Source: Chloroflexota bacterium
Lineage (GTDB): Bacteria; Chloroflexota; UBA11872; VXOZ01
Assembly: GCA_963663275.1 (NCBI GenBank)
Contig: OY760183.1
Coordinates: 1,088,001 to 1,152,000 of the forward strand
Length of the DNA stretch: 64,000 nt
Direction: 5' to 3'
The first letter of the stretch is position 1, and each line of letters begins with the position of its first letter. The translations under genes were made by a program, and so were the position numbers. Positions 28,880-37,244 of the stretch are shown here, one piece after another. The notes beneath the pieces were generated by a model. The model searched no databases and was not told the DNA's origin. It saw nothing but the letters and a program-made list of their open reading frames with translations.

Positions 28880-29452
28880 CTATGTTCTACTGGTTACGTG
28901 GAGTATTTCAAGATGGCTAGGCGATGCTCCCGCGGCCTTCCTAAAGTCTCTGTCAGTAGTGACGAATGTCCCCGCATGCGCCTCGGCCAAAGCGAGGTGA
29001 AGCGCGTCGTCCGGCGTAAGATCGAGATCGCGCATGTAGCGTATTGCCGCTGTGGTCATCGCAGGGGTAAACGAGGTGTTATCCGGGACGACGTTCACCG
29101 GATGACCGGCATTTCGCCAGTCGTGGACTGCTTGCCCAACGCCTTCTATCCGATGGCTGTGATTCTGGAAGGCAGACGCTCTCCATCTACGATAGGCGCC
29201 CCTGGAGAAGTGCGCGCTGCTCGGTTGCCTATTGAATGCGCAATAGGAGTGCTTGAACATTCCCCACCAGGCTTCTTGCAGCGTGATCATGGAAACGAGG
29301 ATAGGTGCGCCAGCGCCGATTAGTTCCCCAATGATCATGGTGCAACTAGGATAGAGTGGATGGTCGTTTGCCACGTAGCCAACGAGCACGTTGGCATCAA
29401 GGTAAACGGGCGGTTGAAACGAATGACCCGGCTGCCAAGGCGTAACGAACAT
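28880..29452 (-). CDS. PIN domain (VapC-like) ribonuclease
   Basis: VYLDANVLV, TLQE, DDALHLALA, FVTTDRDF: acidic catalytic residues present. Confidence 0.88.
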   Translation of the reverse strand: MFVTPWQPGHSFQPPVYLDANVLVGYVANDHPLYPSCTMIIGELIGAGAPILVSMITLQEAWWGMFKHSYCAFNRQPSSAHFSRGAYRRWRASAFQNHSHRIEGVGQAVHDWRNAGHPVNVVPDNTSFTPAMTTAAIRYMRDLDLTPDDALHLALAEAHAGTFVTTDRDFRKAAGASPSHLEILHVTSRT

Positions 29453-29453
29453 C

Positions 29454-29825
29454 CTAGTAGTCCGGGGGTGTGGTAAGTTCCGTCACGTCGAGTCCGGGGA
29501 AGCCGGGAACCACACCCATGTGTCGCACATACGCCAAGAACAATGCCGGTGACATTCGTTGGCGATAGTAATCGAGGTCTATCTCGCCGAACCGCCGCTG
29601 GTACTCTGACTTCCTTACGTAGTAATCCGGGGCGACCCTGACCCACGGCTCTTTCTGCGTAGACGTATCCTTAGCAGCGACACCTGCCTGGGCCATCCTC
29701 AAGAAACGGTCAATGTCCCATGGGCTGTCAGCACTCTTCGAACTAAATGGGCTTGCTGGCAGCCCCTCCTCCTGGACAGTCAGTTCACTGTCTAGCTTCA
29801 AGATAGACATGGAATCTGTAGACAT
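29454..29825 (-). CDS. Hypothetical protein (candidate antitoxin)
   Basis: ATG overlaps upstream TAA (TAATG); 1-nt gap to the PIN gene; Ser/Pro/acidic N-terminus. Confidence 0.65.
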   Translation of the reverse strand: MSTDSMSILKLDSELTVQEEGLPASPFSSKSADSPWDIDRFLRMAQAGVAAKDTSTQKEPWVRVAPDYYVRKSEYQRRFGEIDLDYYRQRMSPALFLAYVRHMGVVPGFPGLDVTELTTPPDY

Positions 29826-30502
29826 TACTCTCCTGCCGTATTGCTGATATCAGACATTACCCGCTTCACTGCGTTCTCTTGCCATGCTCGGGCATCCTCA
29901 AGTACAGATCCCAAATCCCGGGCATTGAATGCCATCTCGACATTCCACTCGAATCCCAAACCAATGAAGAGAAACTGATCAGGCACAGATTCTCTAGGCC
30001 AGCGAAGGATTGTCTTCTGTAACTGGTCTTGCTCCATCGGGCCGATCTGGACATGTTTCAGTACATGGCCTTCGTGTTGGTCAAGAGTTACACCTACATC
30101 TGTTGCCTGTTCAACGAGTTGGGTATTCTGAAGATACGTCCGTCGTACGAGCAAACATAGTTCCTGAAACGACATCTCATGCGGTTGAATGAAGATAGAG
30201 TTTATTCGAACTTGCACTAGAGTTGGGAATGGCGAAGCGCAATCCAAGTCTGAGAAGGCCTGCAACGCGTTCTCAAATACTAAATCGATCGGTTCAGCTC
30301 CTTCTTGCTCGAACGAGAATTCGCGCATGTTAAAGCCGATTCGTTGCTTTTTCTGTTCGTGCCCAAAATACGTAGGTTCGCCCTTCAGATCTGCGTTCTC
30401 ATCACCGCTCGCAATCCGAAATAGATCGCGCACCTCTAACCAAGGCCGCAATTCTTCCGTAAAAGCCAGTCGAATAAGTGTCTTTACAAGCTCTACAGCC
30501 AT
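29825..30502 (-). CDS. Hypothetical protein, possibly TIGR04255-like
   Basis: About 225 aa alpha/beta protein; GAGGAG SD before ATG 30502; AT-richer island; family call tentative. Confidence 0.55.
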   Translation of the reverse strand: MAVELVKTLIRLAFTEELRPWLEVRDLFRIASGDENADLKGEPTYFGHEQKKQRIGFNMREFSFEQEGAEPIDLVFENALQAFSDLDCASPFPTLVQVRINSIFIQPHEMSFQELCLLVRRTYLQNTQLVEQATDVGVTLDQHEGHVLKHVQIGPMEQDQLQKTILRWPRESVPDQFLFIGLGFEWNVEMAFNARDLGSVLEDARAWQENAVKRVMSDISNTAGE

Positions 30503-30859
30503 TGTCTCCTCGCTACGGCTTCCCCCGTTCTTTTGCAGGGAAACTCGAACCACTCCCAAGCCATCATGACCCAGCAATACTAACGCCAGTTATTTTGCAT
30601 TACAAGTGCCTCTTGAGAAGGAAAGCAATCTAGGGTTGTGCGCAGTCCGAACTTACTGCTGCTATGGTCACTTCTCAAGACTGGGTCTAATCCTCCGCTT
30701 TTCGCATCTCACCCAGTTCCTGTAAAGACACGTTGATATCAATTGATGGCGAGCGGCTCGTCTCAATAAGTCAAATTGCTTGTAAACCGTGATTCCGCAA
30801 GCTACGTATTGCCTGGAAGACTTGCAACTAGTGCTTGTCGTTTCCAATGAATCCCAGGA

Positions 30860-32290
30860 CTACGTAGTTCGCGGGGTCGGGGTGGCTTGGGCGGCGTTGA
30901 GTTGCATTTGGATGGCGTTTTGGGTGTCGATAGCGGCCTGGTGGGCGGTGGTTTGGCCGGTGAGGACGGGGAATATCAGGGAGGCCATGACGAGGAACGC
31001 CAGCCATTCCGGCGCATCGGCGTCGATGTACCGGCTCTGCTCCATACTCTCCACCAGCATGAGCGAGTCATTGACCGTAAGCGTCCGGTGGATGGTACGC
31101 AGCGCCTCCGCGCTGGTGCGCAGGGCCGGCAAGCTGAGGGTTTGGGCCGCGGCTTGCGCCAGCGGGTAGAGCGCCTCGTAGGCCGCGTCTGGCCGGCTGC
31201 CCGCCTCCGCGATGCCTACCATGTGTTCCACCAGCCCCCACGTGGCTGCTTCATTGCCCCGCGGCAGCGTGGCGAGTTCCAGCGGCGCGCGTCCGGCGCG
31301 ACGCCAGAAGGGTTCCGCTCTCACCAGGGCGCCCGCCATGCCAATCTGGCCGGAGAGCAGCATGTCTTCGGCCTTGTTCGTAAGGTTGAGCGTCAGATTG
31401 TCCGCGCGATAGTTTACCAGGCTCAGCGGCGGCGCGACTTCATGGGTCAGGATGAGATCCGCCTGAAATTGCAGCGCGGCGATGACGGCGGGGTGCGTCA
31501 CGTCCCATTCGCGGTCCTGGAAGAGCGTACTCCCCTCTTGCCAGGCCAGGGCAAAGAACGGCGGCACCAGCGGCGTTTGCAACACGCCCCAAACGCGGGG
31601 CGTACCGGTCGCGTCATTCAGCGACCGCGCCAGCGCGAGAAAATCCGTCAAGCGCCAATTCGCCTCCGGCAGCGGCGTACTCGTCTGCTTGAAGAGCGCG
31701 GGGTTATAGAGCAGGGTGCAGACCCCCGCGGAGAGCGGGAGGGCGTGCAGCGTGCCCCGGTACGCGCCGCTGCTCAGAATGTGCGGCCAGTAGCGATCGG
31801 TGGAGAAATCAAAGTCGCGGCGGGTGTACTCGGTCAGCGCGCGCGTCACGCCCTGCGCCGCCAGGGTAGGCAGCGCGAATTGATCCATCCAGACGAGATC
31901 GGGGCTGGTACCGGCGGCCGCGAGTTGCGTGACGGCTTCCGAGTAGGTCTGGCCGCCGGTGGGCCGCAGCGGCGTCTGCTTAACCTCATGCGCCGCCGCG
32001 AACGCCGCGTCCTTCAGCACTTCCGATATGGCGATGGTCTGGTTGCCGGAGGCGTCGGGCATGAGCAGGGTAAGCGGTACCGTGACGTCGACGGTGGGGG
32101 TAGCTTGGGCGGTTTCCATCGCATCTGAATCATCATCGTCGGACCGGAAAGGCCCACACCCGGCAACGGCGACAAAAGCGCCAAAGCCAACCGCGGCAAC
32201 CACGGGCGCGGCCAGCAGCAGTTTGCGTCGCGTCACGGTGTTGCGAGGACGGCGCCGGTCGGTTGCGGCGTCGCTCGACCCATCCGTCAT
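30860..32290 (-). CDS. Sugar-type ABC extracellular solute-binding lipoprotein (Tat)
   Basis: TRRKLL Tat motif, VAGC lipobox, AAGTSPDL, LLYNPALF. Confidence 0.85.
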   Translation of the reverse strand: MTDGSSDAATDRRRPRNTVTRRKLLLAAPVVAAVGFGAFVAVAGCGPFRSDDDDSDAMETAQATPTVDVTVPLTLLMPDASGNQTIAISEVLKDAAFAAAHEVKQTPLRPTGGQTYSEAVTQLAAAGTSPDLVWMDQFALPTLAAQGVTRALTEYTRRDFDFSTDRYWPHILSSGAYRGTLHALPLSAGVCTLLYNPALFKQTSTPLPEANWRLTDFLALARSLNDATGTPRVWGVLQTPLVPPFFALAWQEGSTLFQDREWDVTHPAVIAALQFQADLILTHEVAPPLSLVNYRADNLTLNLTNKAEDMLLSGQIGMAGALVRAEPFWRRAGRAPLELATLPRGNEAATWGLVEHMVGIAEAGSRPDAAYEALYPLAQAAAQTLSLPALRTSAEALRTIHRTLTVNDSLMLVESMEQSRYIDADAPEWLAFLVMASLIFPVLTGQTTAHQAAIDTQNAIQMQLNAAQATPTPRTT

Positions 32291-32684
32291 GGGCAATTCC
32301 TCCAATTAGCCCAGGTCTCTAGCGGTCGGCGCGGTTTCGTCTCAGCGCGCGCGGCGCGCACACGAAAAAGCAGCCCCCACGCGCCGCTTGCGCACGCCGG
32401 TGCGCTTGCTTTCGTGTCAGGCTGCGCTGTCTCACGCTCTTGCTCCACCCACAGGCCAGTTCACACTCTCTAGTATGCGGGAGAAAGCTGGGAATCTCCT
32501 GAGATTCTGCGGTAGATGTAGTAGGATTTTCAGCCGATTCCCCAGGGCTGCCGGCGGGGCTGCGCGTGCCGCCGCCCGGCTACGAACCGCACACGCCGGC
32601 GCGTTGGCCAAGACGGAGCGGCGGCGCGCCTCTTCTCGTATTCTATCATGCAGGCAACAGCCGGTGTAGGCGCGGCGCCGGCGG

Positions 32685-33947
32685 TCAGACCTCGCGGGCG
32701 GCGATGTCCGTGCGGCAGTAAGCGTCCTGAAACGCGATGCGCGCGAGGTTGTCGTAGGCGCGGGCGCGGGCGGCCGGCACGTTGGCGGCCTGGCCTACCG
32801 TCATCAGCACCCGGCCGCCGGCGGTGACCACCGTGTCGTCCGCCAAGGCGGTCCCGGCGTGAAAGAGCAGCGCGTCGTCATCCAACGTATCCAGTCCCGC
32901 TATGGGATGGCCGGTGGTATAGGAACCGGGATACCCGCCGGAGGCAAGCACTACGCCGCAGGTGGCCGCCGGGTCCCAGGTAACGTCGGCTTCCGCCAAA
33001 CGTCCATCCACCGCGGCCTGAAACACTGCCACCAGGTCCGCCTGCAAGCGCGGCAGGATTAGCTGCGCCTCCGGGTCGCCAAAGCGCGCGTTGAACTCCA
33101 CGATGCGCGGGCCGTCGTGGGTGAGCATCAGTTGGCCGTAGAGCACGCCTGCGTACGGATGCCCTTCCCGGGCCATGAGCGTGATCGTCCGCTCCATGAC
33201 TTCGTGGTGGATGTAGTCCAGGGTTTCCGGGTCTACGAACGGGGCCGGGGAGTAGCCGCCCATGCCGCCGGTGTTAGGCCCGGCGTCGCCGTCGTAGGCG
33301 CGCTTGTAGTCGCAGGCGGTAACCAGCGGCGTGATATTCGTGCCGTCCGCGAAGGCGAAAACCGAAATCTCGACGCCGCGCAAGCACTCCTCGATCACGA
33401 TCCGGTCGCCGGATTCGCCAAAGGCGCGGTCTGCCATGATGGCGTCCAACGCCCGCAGCGCCTCTTCACGGGAGTCGCAGACGAACACGCCCTTGCCGGC
33501 GGTCAGGCCGTCGGGCTTGAGCACGATGCTCTTGCACCGCGCTTGCTCGACGTAGGCCGCCGCCGCGTCCCGCTCGTTGAAAGCCGCAAAGTTGGCCGTG
33601 GGCAGGCCATGCCGTTGCATGAACTCCTTGGCCCAGATCTTGCTCCACTCCAGTTTCGCCGCGGCTTGCGTGGGGCCGAAGGCGGCCTGCCCGCAGGCCT
33701 GCAAGGCGTCCACCGCGCCGAGCGCCAGGGGATCGTCCTGCGCCACCACCGTGAGGTCGATGCCGTTTTCCCGCACCCAGGCGACCAGAGAGTCAACGTC
33801 GGTCGCCTCGATGGGCACGTTCTCCGCCAGGGCGGCCGTGCCGGCGTTGCCCGGCGCGGCGAAGAGCGTCGGCGCAAGCGGACTCTGCGCGCACTTCCAC
33901 GCGATTGCGTGCTCCCGTCCGCCGCCGCCGACAATCAGGATGCGCAT
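32685..33947 (-). CDS. purD: Phosphoribosylamine--glycine ligase
   Basis: GGGGREHA, APGNAG, LEWSK, DYKRAYDGDAGPNTGGMG, EFNARFGDPE, GGRV. Confidence 0.98.
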   Translation of the reverse strand: MRILIVGGGGREHAIAWKCAQSPLAPTLFAAPGNAGTAALAENVPIEATDVDSLVAWVRENGIDLTVVAQDDPLALGAVDALQACGQAAFGPTQAAAKLEWSKIWAKEFMQRHGLPTANFAAFNERDAAAAYVEQARCKSIVLKPDGLTAGKGVFVCDSREEALRALDAIMADRAFGESGDRIVIEECLRGVEISVFAFADGTNITPLVTACDYKRAYDGDAGPNTGGMGGYSPAPFVDPETLDYIHHEVMERTITLMAREGHPYAGVLYGQLMLTHDGPRIVEFNARFGDPEAQLILPRLQADLVAVFQAAVDGRLAEADVTWDPAATCGVVLASGGYPGSYTTGHPIAGLDTLDDDALLFHAGTALADDTVVTAGGRVLMTVGQAANVPAARARAYDNLARIAFQDAYCRTDIAAREV

Positions 33948-33954
33948 TAGCCGT

Positions 33955-34338
33955 CTACTCCAGCGATAGCAGTCCCGCGCGAAAGTCGATAGTCAAGCGC
34001 CTACCACGGAGGAAGTCCAAGCCCAACACGCCGTCAAAGCCTGCGCCTGGCGGCAGGGTGTGGCAAAGAATAGCAAGGTCGGTCACTACCTTACCCAACG
34101 CACAGAGCTTGTCGATCCGTATCTCGAAAACAGACTCTTTGCCGCTTGCCGTTGTAATCTCTACCGGCTTCTCTGTCGTGTCCGTTTCGCAGCCTACGTA
34201 CTGGAGGGCCTGTTCGCTGATTACTGTGGTAGTGGCGCCGGTGTCGAGCGCAAGATGGACGTTCACTTCTTTCAGCGGCCCGTGCAACGTGGCTGGAACG
34301 ACGATCAATCTGCCGTATGGGTTAAACGGGTAGCGCAT
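33955..34338 (-). CDS. Retropepsin-like (clan AA) aspartic protease, unit 3
   Basis: LALDTGA catalytic motif; GVLGLDFL. Confidence 0.9.
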   Translation of the reverse strand: MRYPFNPYGRLIVVPATLHGPLKEVNVHLALDTGATTTVISEQALQYVGCETDTTEKPVEITTASGKESVFEIRIDKLCALGKVVTDLAILCHTLPPGAGFDGVLGLDFLRGRRLTIDFRAGLLSLE

Positions 34339-34339
34339 C

Positions 34340-34576
34340 TTACAGAAGATAGTTCACGTCTGCGGGGAGCGCGCCCATGTAGAGTATTGCTACTCGCTTC
34401 AGATCTCGCCTCGTCGCTTCGCGGTATACTTCATCTTGGCTCTTGCTGTGGTAGAGTACGACGCCGCGTATCACCTCTTGCAGCGCGCTGAGTTCCGGTT
34501 CGTCAATCAGCACCCACTCGCCGTCGTACACCGCTTCCATTTCGGCGTAGGTCATTTTGGCTTCTTGCACTTTCAT
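34340..34576 (-). CDS. DUF5678-like small protein, unit 3
   Basis: YDGEWVLI..GVVLYH..VY; AGGAG SD; paralog of 34751 and 35514. Confidence 0.8.
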   Translation of the reverse strand: MKVQEAKMTYAEMEAVYDGEWVLIDEPELSALQEVIRGVVLYHSKSQDEVYREATRRDLKRVAILYMGALPADVNYLL

Positions 34577-34608
34577 GTCATTCTCCTCTCCCGGCATTCT
34601 CCCACATC

Positions 34609-34754
34609 TCAGCATGTCGCCTTCGACACTTCCCCTACAACAGTCTCTTCTGCTCCAGTGCCCACTGCTAGAGCGGCGGTCTCGCTTCTCTTGGGCAATT
34701 GAGCCCCATCGGATGGACAATCAGGTTGCGGCTTAGGTCAAACGGGACCCTCAT
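34609..34754 (-). pseudogene. Decayed aspartic protease, unit 2
   Basis: ATGA-coupled start MRVPFDLSRNLIVHP, then after a frameshift ETAALAVGTGAEETVV (DTG changed to GTG), then stop. Confidence 0.75.
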
Positions 34755-35002
34755 ATCAAGAATTCGACATCTTCCGGTCCCTTACCAAAGTAGTGCACGG
34801 CGATTTCAAAGGGCGCGCGGCCCTCCCGTTGCAATTGCCACAGCGCCTCATAGACGGCGACCCGGTCCTCATCGTGGGCGAGCACGACGCCGCGTACTAT
34901 CTCATTCATCGGCGTAAGATCCGGCTCGCCAACCAGCACCCACTCGCCGTCGTACGCCGCTTCTATCTCGGCGTAGGTCATCACCGGCGTTTGCGTCTTC
35001 AT
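34751..35002 (-). CDS. DUF5678-like small protein, unit 2
   Basis: First 62 aa differ from unit 1 at only 2 positions; AAGGAG SD. Confidence 0.82.
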   Translation of the reverse strand: MKTQTPVMTYAEIEAAYDGEWVLVGEPDLTPMNEIVRGVVLAHDEDRVAVYEALWQLQREGRAPFEIAVHYFGKGPEDVEFLI

Positions 35003-35133
35003 CGCAATCTCGCTCCTTGAGTCCTTGCCTCATGCGGGCACCAGACCGGCGTTTCCCTGCGCGCCCGACACTTCCAAGTATACCCAATCGCGCGCGCCGT
35101 CAGCCCACACCGCTAGCCGGGCGCATTAGCCGT

Positions 35134-35517
35134 CTAGTCCAGTTCCAGCAGACCCGCGCGAAAGTCGATTGTCAAGCGTCTACCACGGAGGAAGTCCAAG
35201 CCCAACACGCCGTCTACCGCGGCCCGCGACGGCAGCGTGTGGCAGAGAACGCGCAGGTTAGTGGCTTCTTTCCCCAGCGCCTCGATCTTTTCTACCGTCA
35301 TCATGGGAACAGTCAACGCGCCGCCGCCTGTGAGGATTTGCGCTCCTTCTCCCGGTGTAGAAAGGCTATACCCAAGCGATAGCGCGATCTCTCTGCTCAC
35401 TACGGTTCGCGTGGCGCCGGTGTCGAGCGCTAGCCGGGCGGTTTTAGTACTGTTGCGTCGGTAAAGCCGGGCCGGAATGATAATCAGGTAACCGCGTGGA
35501 TCGAACCGGACGCTCAT
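35134..35517 (-). CDS. Retropepsin-like (clan AA) aspartic protease, unit 1
   Basis: LALDTGA; GVLGLDFL; ATGA overlap with upstream gene. Confidence 0.9.
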   Translation of the reverse strand: MSVRFDPRGYLIIIPARLYRRNSTKTARLALDTGATRTVVSREIALSLGYSLSTPGEGAQILTGGGALTVPMMTVEKIEALGKEATNLRVLCHTLPSRAAVDGVLGLDFLRGRRLTIDFRAGLLELD

Positions 35518-35765
35518 ATTAGTATTTCAACGTCATCCGAAACCTCACCAAAGTACCACACAGCGACATGGTTGGGTTCGCGGCCCTCCCGTTGCAATTG
35601 CCACAGCGCCTCATAGACGGCGACCCGGTCTTCATCGTGGGCGAGCACGACGCCGCGTACTATCTCATTCATCGGCGTAAGATCCGGTTCGCCAACCAGC
35701 ACCCACTCGCCGTCGTACGCCGCTTCCATCTCGGCGTAGGTCATCACCGTCGTTTGTGTCTTCAT
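35514..35765 (-). CDS. DUF5678-like small protein, unit 1
   Basis: YDGEWVLV..GVVLAH..VY; GAGGAG SD. Confidence 0.82.
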   Translation of the reverse strand: MKTQTTVMTYAEMEAAYDGEWVLVGEPDLTPMNEIVRGVVLAHDEDRVAVYEALWQLQREGREPNHVAVWYFGEVSDDVEILI

Positions 35766-35998
35766 GGTTATTTCGCTCCTCTTGTCCTGCTTATAGATGA
35801 TAGCAGACAGCCCGCGCCTTGCGTGCCGGTGCCGCGCTCAGGTTCCCGCCAGCGCGCCCACTCTCGCCGCTGTCTCCGGGTGGGCCGCCCTGCTATACTG
35901 GCCGCAAAGGAAAGCCGAGCAGGCGCGGCGTCCCGGCCCACAGTCCGCAACACGGCCGCGGGTCTTCGCGCCGCACATCAAACATGAGGAGGCAATCC

Positions 35999-37039
35999 AT
36001 GCGCAGCGTGCACAGAGCGCGCGTACTCCTGGCGGCGCTCGTGGCCGTCGTTATCGCCGTGGGCTGTATGCAAGCGCCGCCGCGAGAGCAGGAAGAAGCC
36101 GCGCCGCAGCCGGAGACCATCATCTTCAACGACCTGTCGTGGGATAGCGCCCGCGTGCAGAACCGCATCGCGCAGTTCATCGTGGAAAAAGGCTACGGCT
36201 ACGCCACCGGCGTGGTTGCCGGACCCTCAGTGCCGCTGATGGAAGGCCTCAGGCGGGGCGAAAGCCACGTGACCATGGAAGTCTGGCTGCCCAATCAGAG
36301 CGAGGCCTGGGGAGCGGCGGAGGCCGCCGGCGAAGTGGTCGCGTTGGGTGAGACTCTGAACGGCATCGAGCAAGCCGCGTTCATGATACCGGCGTATCTT
36401 CAGGATGCGTATCCCGAACTCGACAGCGTTGAAGACCTGAAGGAAGAGCAGTACCAAAAGCTGTTCGCCACCGCCGAGAGCGACGGCAAGATTCGCTTTC
36501 TTTCGTGCCCGGCCGGCTGGGGCTGCGAGGCCGTGAACGCCGCCAAAGTGGCGGGCTACGGTCTTGCCGATCACGTGCAGATCGTCGTGCCGGAGTCCGA
36601 CAAGGCGTTGAACGACGACGCATTTGCCCGCTATGCGGCGGGTGAGCCGTGGATTGGCTACCTCTCCGGCGAAATGCCCGCCGCGCTCAAGCTGGACATG
36701 GTGGCGCTGCAAGAGCCGCCCTACAGCGACGAGTGCTGGGCCTCCACCAAGGCCTGCGCGTATGAGGATACGAAAGTTGTGATTGGGGTGCGCGCCGAAC
36801 TGCTCGCCAACGCGCCCGAGGTGGCGGCCATGCTGCAAAACTGGGACATGAGCATCGAGCGCTACCGGGTCATCGGGGCCTGGCAGGTCGATAACGGGGC
36901 CGGCCCGGCGGACGCCGCGCTGTGGTGGCTGCAAAACAACGCGGATACCTGGAGCCGGTGGGTAACGCCGGAGGCGGCCGCCGCCGTCCAGGCCGCGCTG
37001 GACGCCGGTGAAATCCCCGACGGCTGGCCGGCGGAATAG
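35999..37039 (+). CDS. Glycine betaine/proline ABC substrate-binding lipoprotein (ProX/OpuAC-like)
   Basis: AVGC lipobox; WDSA, MEVW.PN, CPAGWGC, W..WV motifs. Confidence 0.88.
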   Translation: MRSVHRARVLLAALVAVVIAVGCMQAPPREQEEAAPQPETIIFNDLSWDSARVQNRIAQFIVEKGYGYATGVVAGPSVPLMEGLRRGESHVTMEVWLPNQSEAWGAAEAAGEVVALGETLNGIEQAAFMIPAYLQDAYPELDSVEDLKEEQYQKLFATAESDGKIRFLSCPAGWGCEAVNAAKVAGYGLADHVQIVVPESDKALNDDAFARYAAGEPWIGYLSGEMPAALKLDMVALQEPPYSDECWASTKACAYEDTKVVIGVRAELLANAPEVAAMLQNWDMSIERYRVIGAWQVDNGAGPADAALWWLQNNADTWSRWVTPEAAAAVQAALDAGEIPDGWPAE

Positions 37040-37170
37040 CGCGGCAGGTGAAGACGCTCTCCGCCCGGGTGTTCCGGCTGCGGTAGCTTTCCAGGCGGAT
37101 CTCGAATTGCATCATGGCCGCCGCGCGGCGCCGTGGTCGGACGTCCATCGCCGCGCGCGGCCGGCGGGTG

Positions 37171-37200
37171 TTGACACTATAGCGGCCAAATCGCTATAAC
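37171..37200 (+). promoter_or_regulatory. Sigma70 promoter with overlapping inverted-repeat operator
   Basis: TTGACA-18 nt-TATAAC; TATAGCG-N7-CGCTATA at 37178-37198. Confidence 0.7.
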
Positions 37201-37244
37201 TAGGCGTAGAGTGCCGTTCGGCGTAGCACAGGAAGGATGTCGTC

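Noticed and set aside
34577-34720. N-terminal extension of the 126-aa ORF at 34340-34720
   Set aside because: It is an off-frame reading of the protease pseudogene; SD and paralogs place the start at 34576
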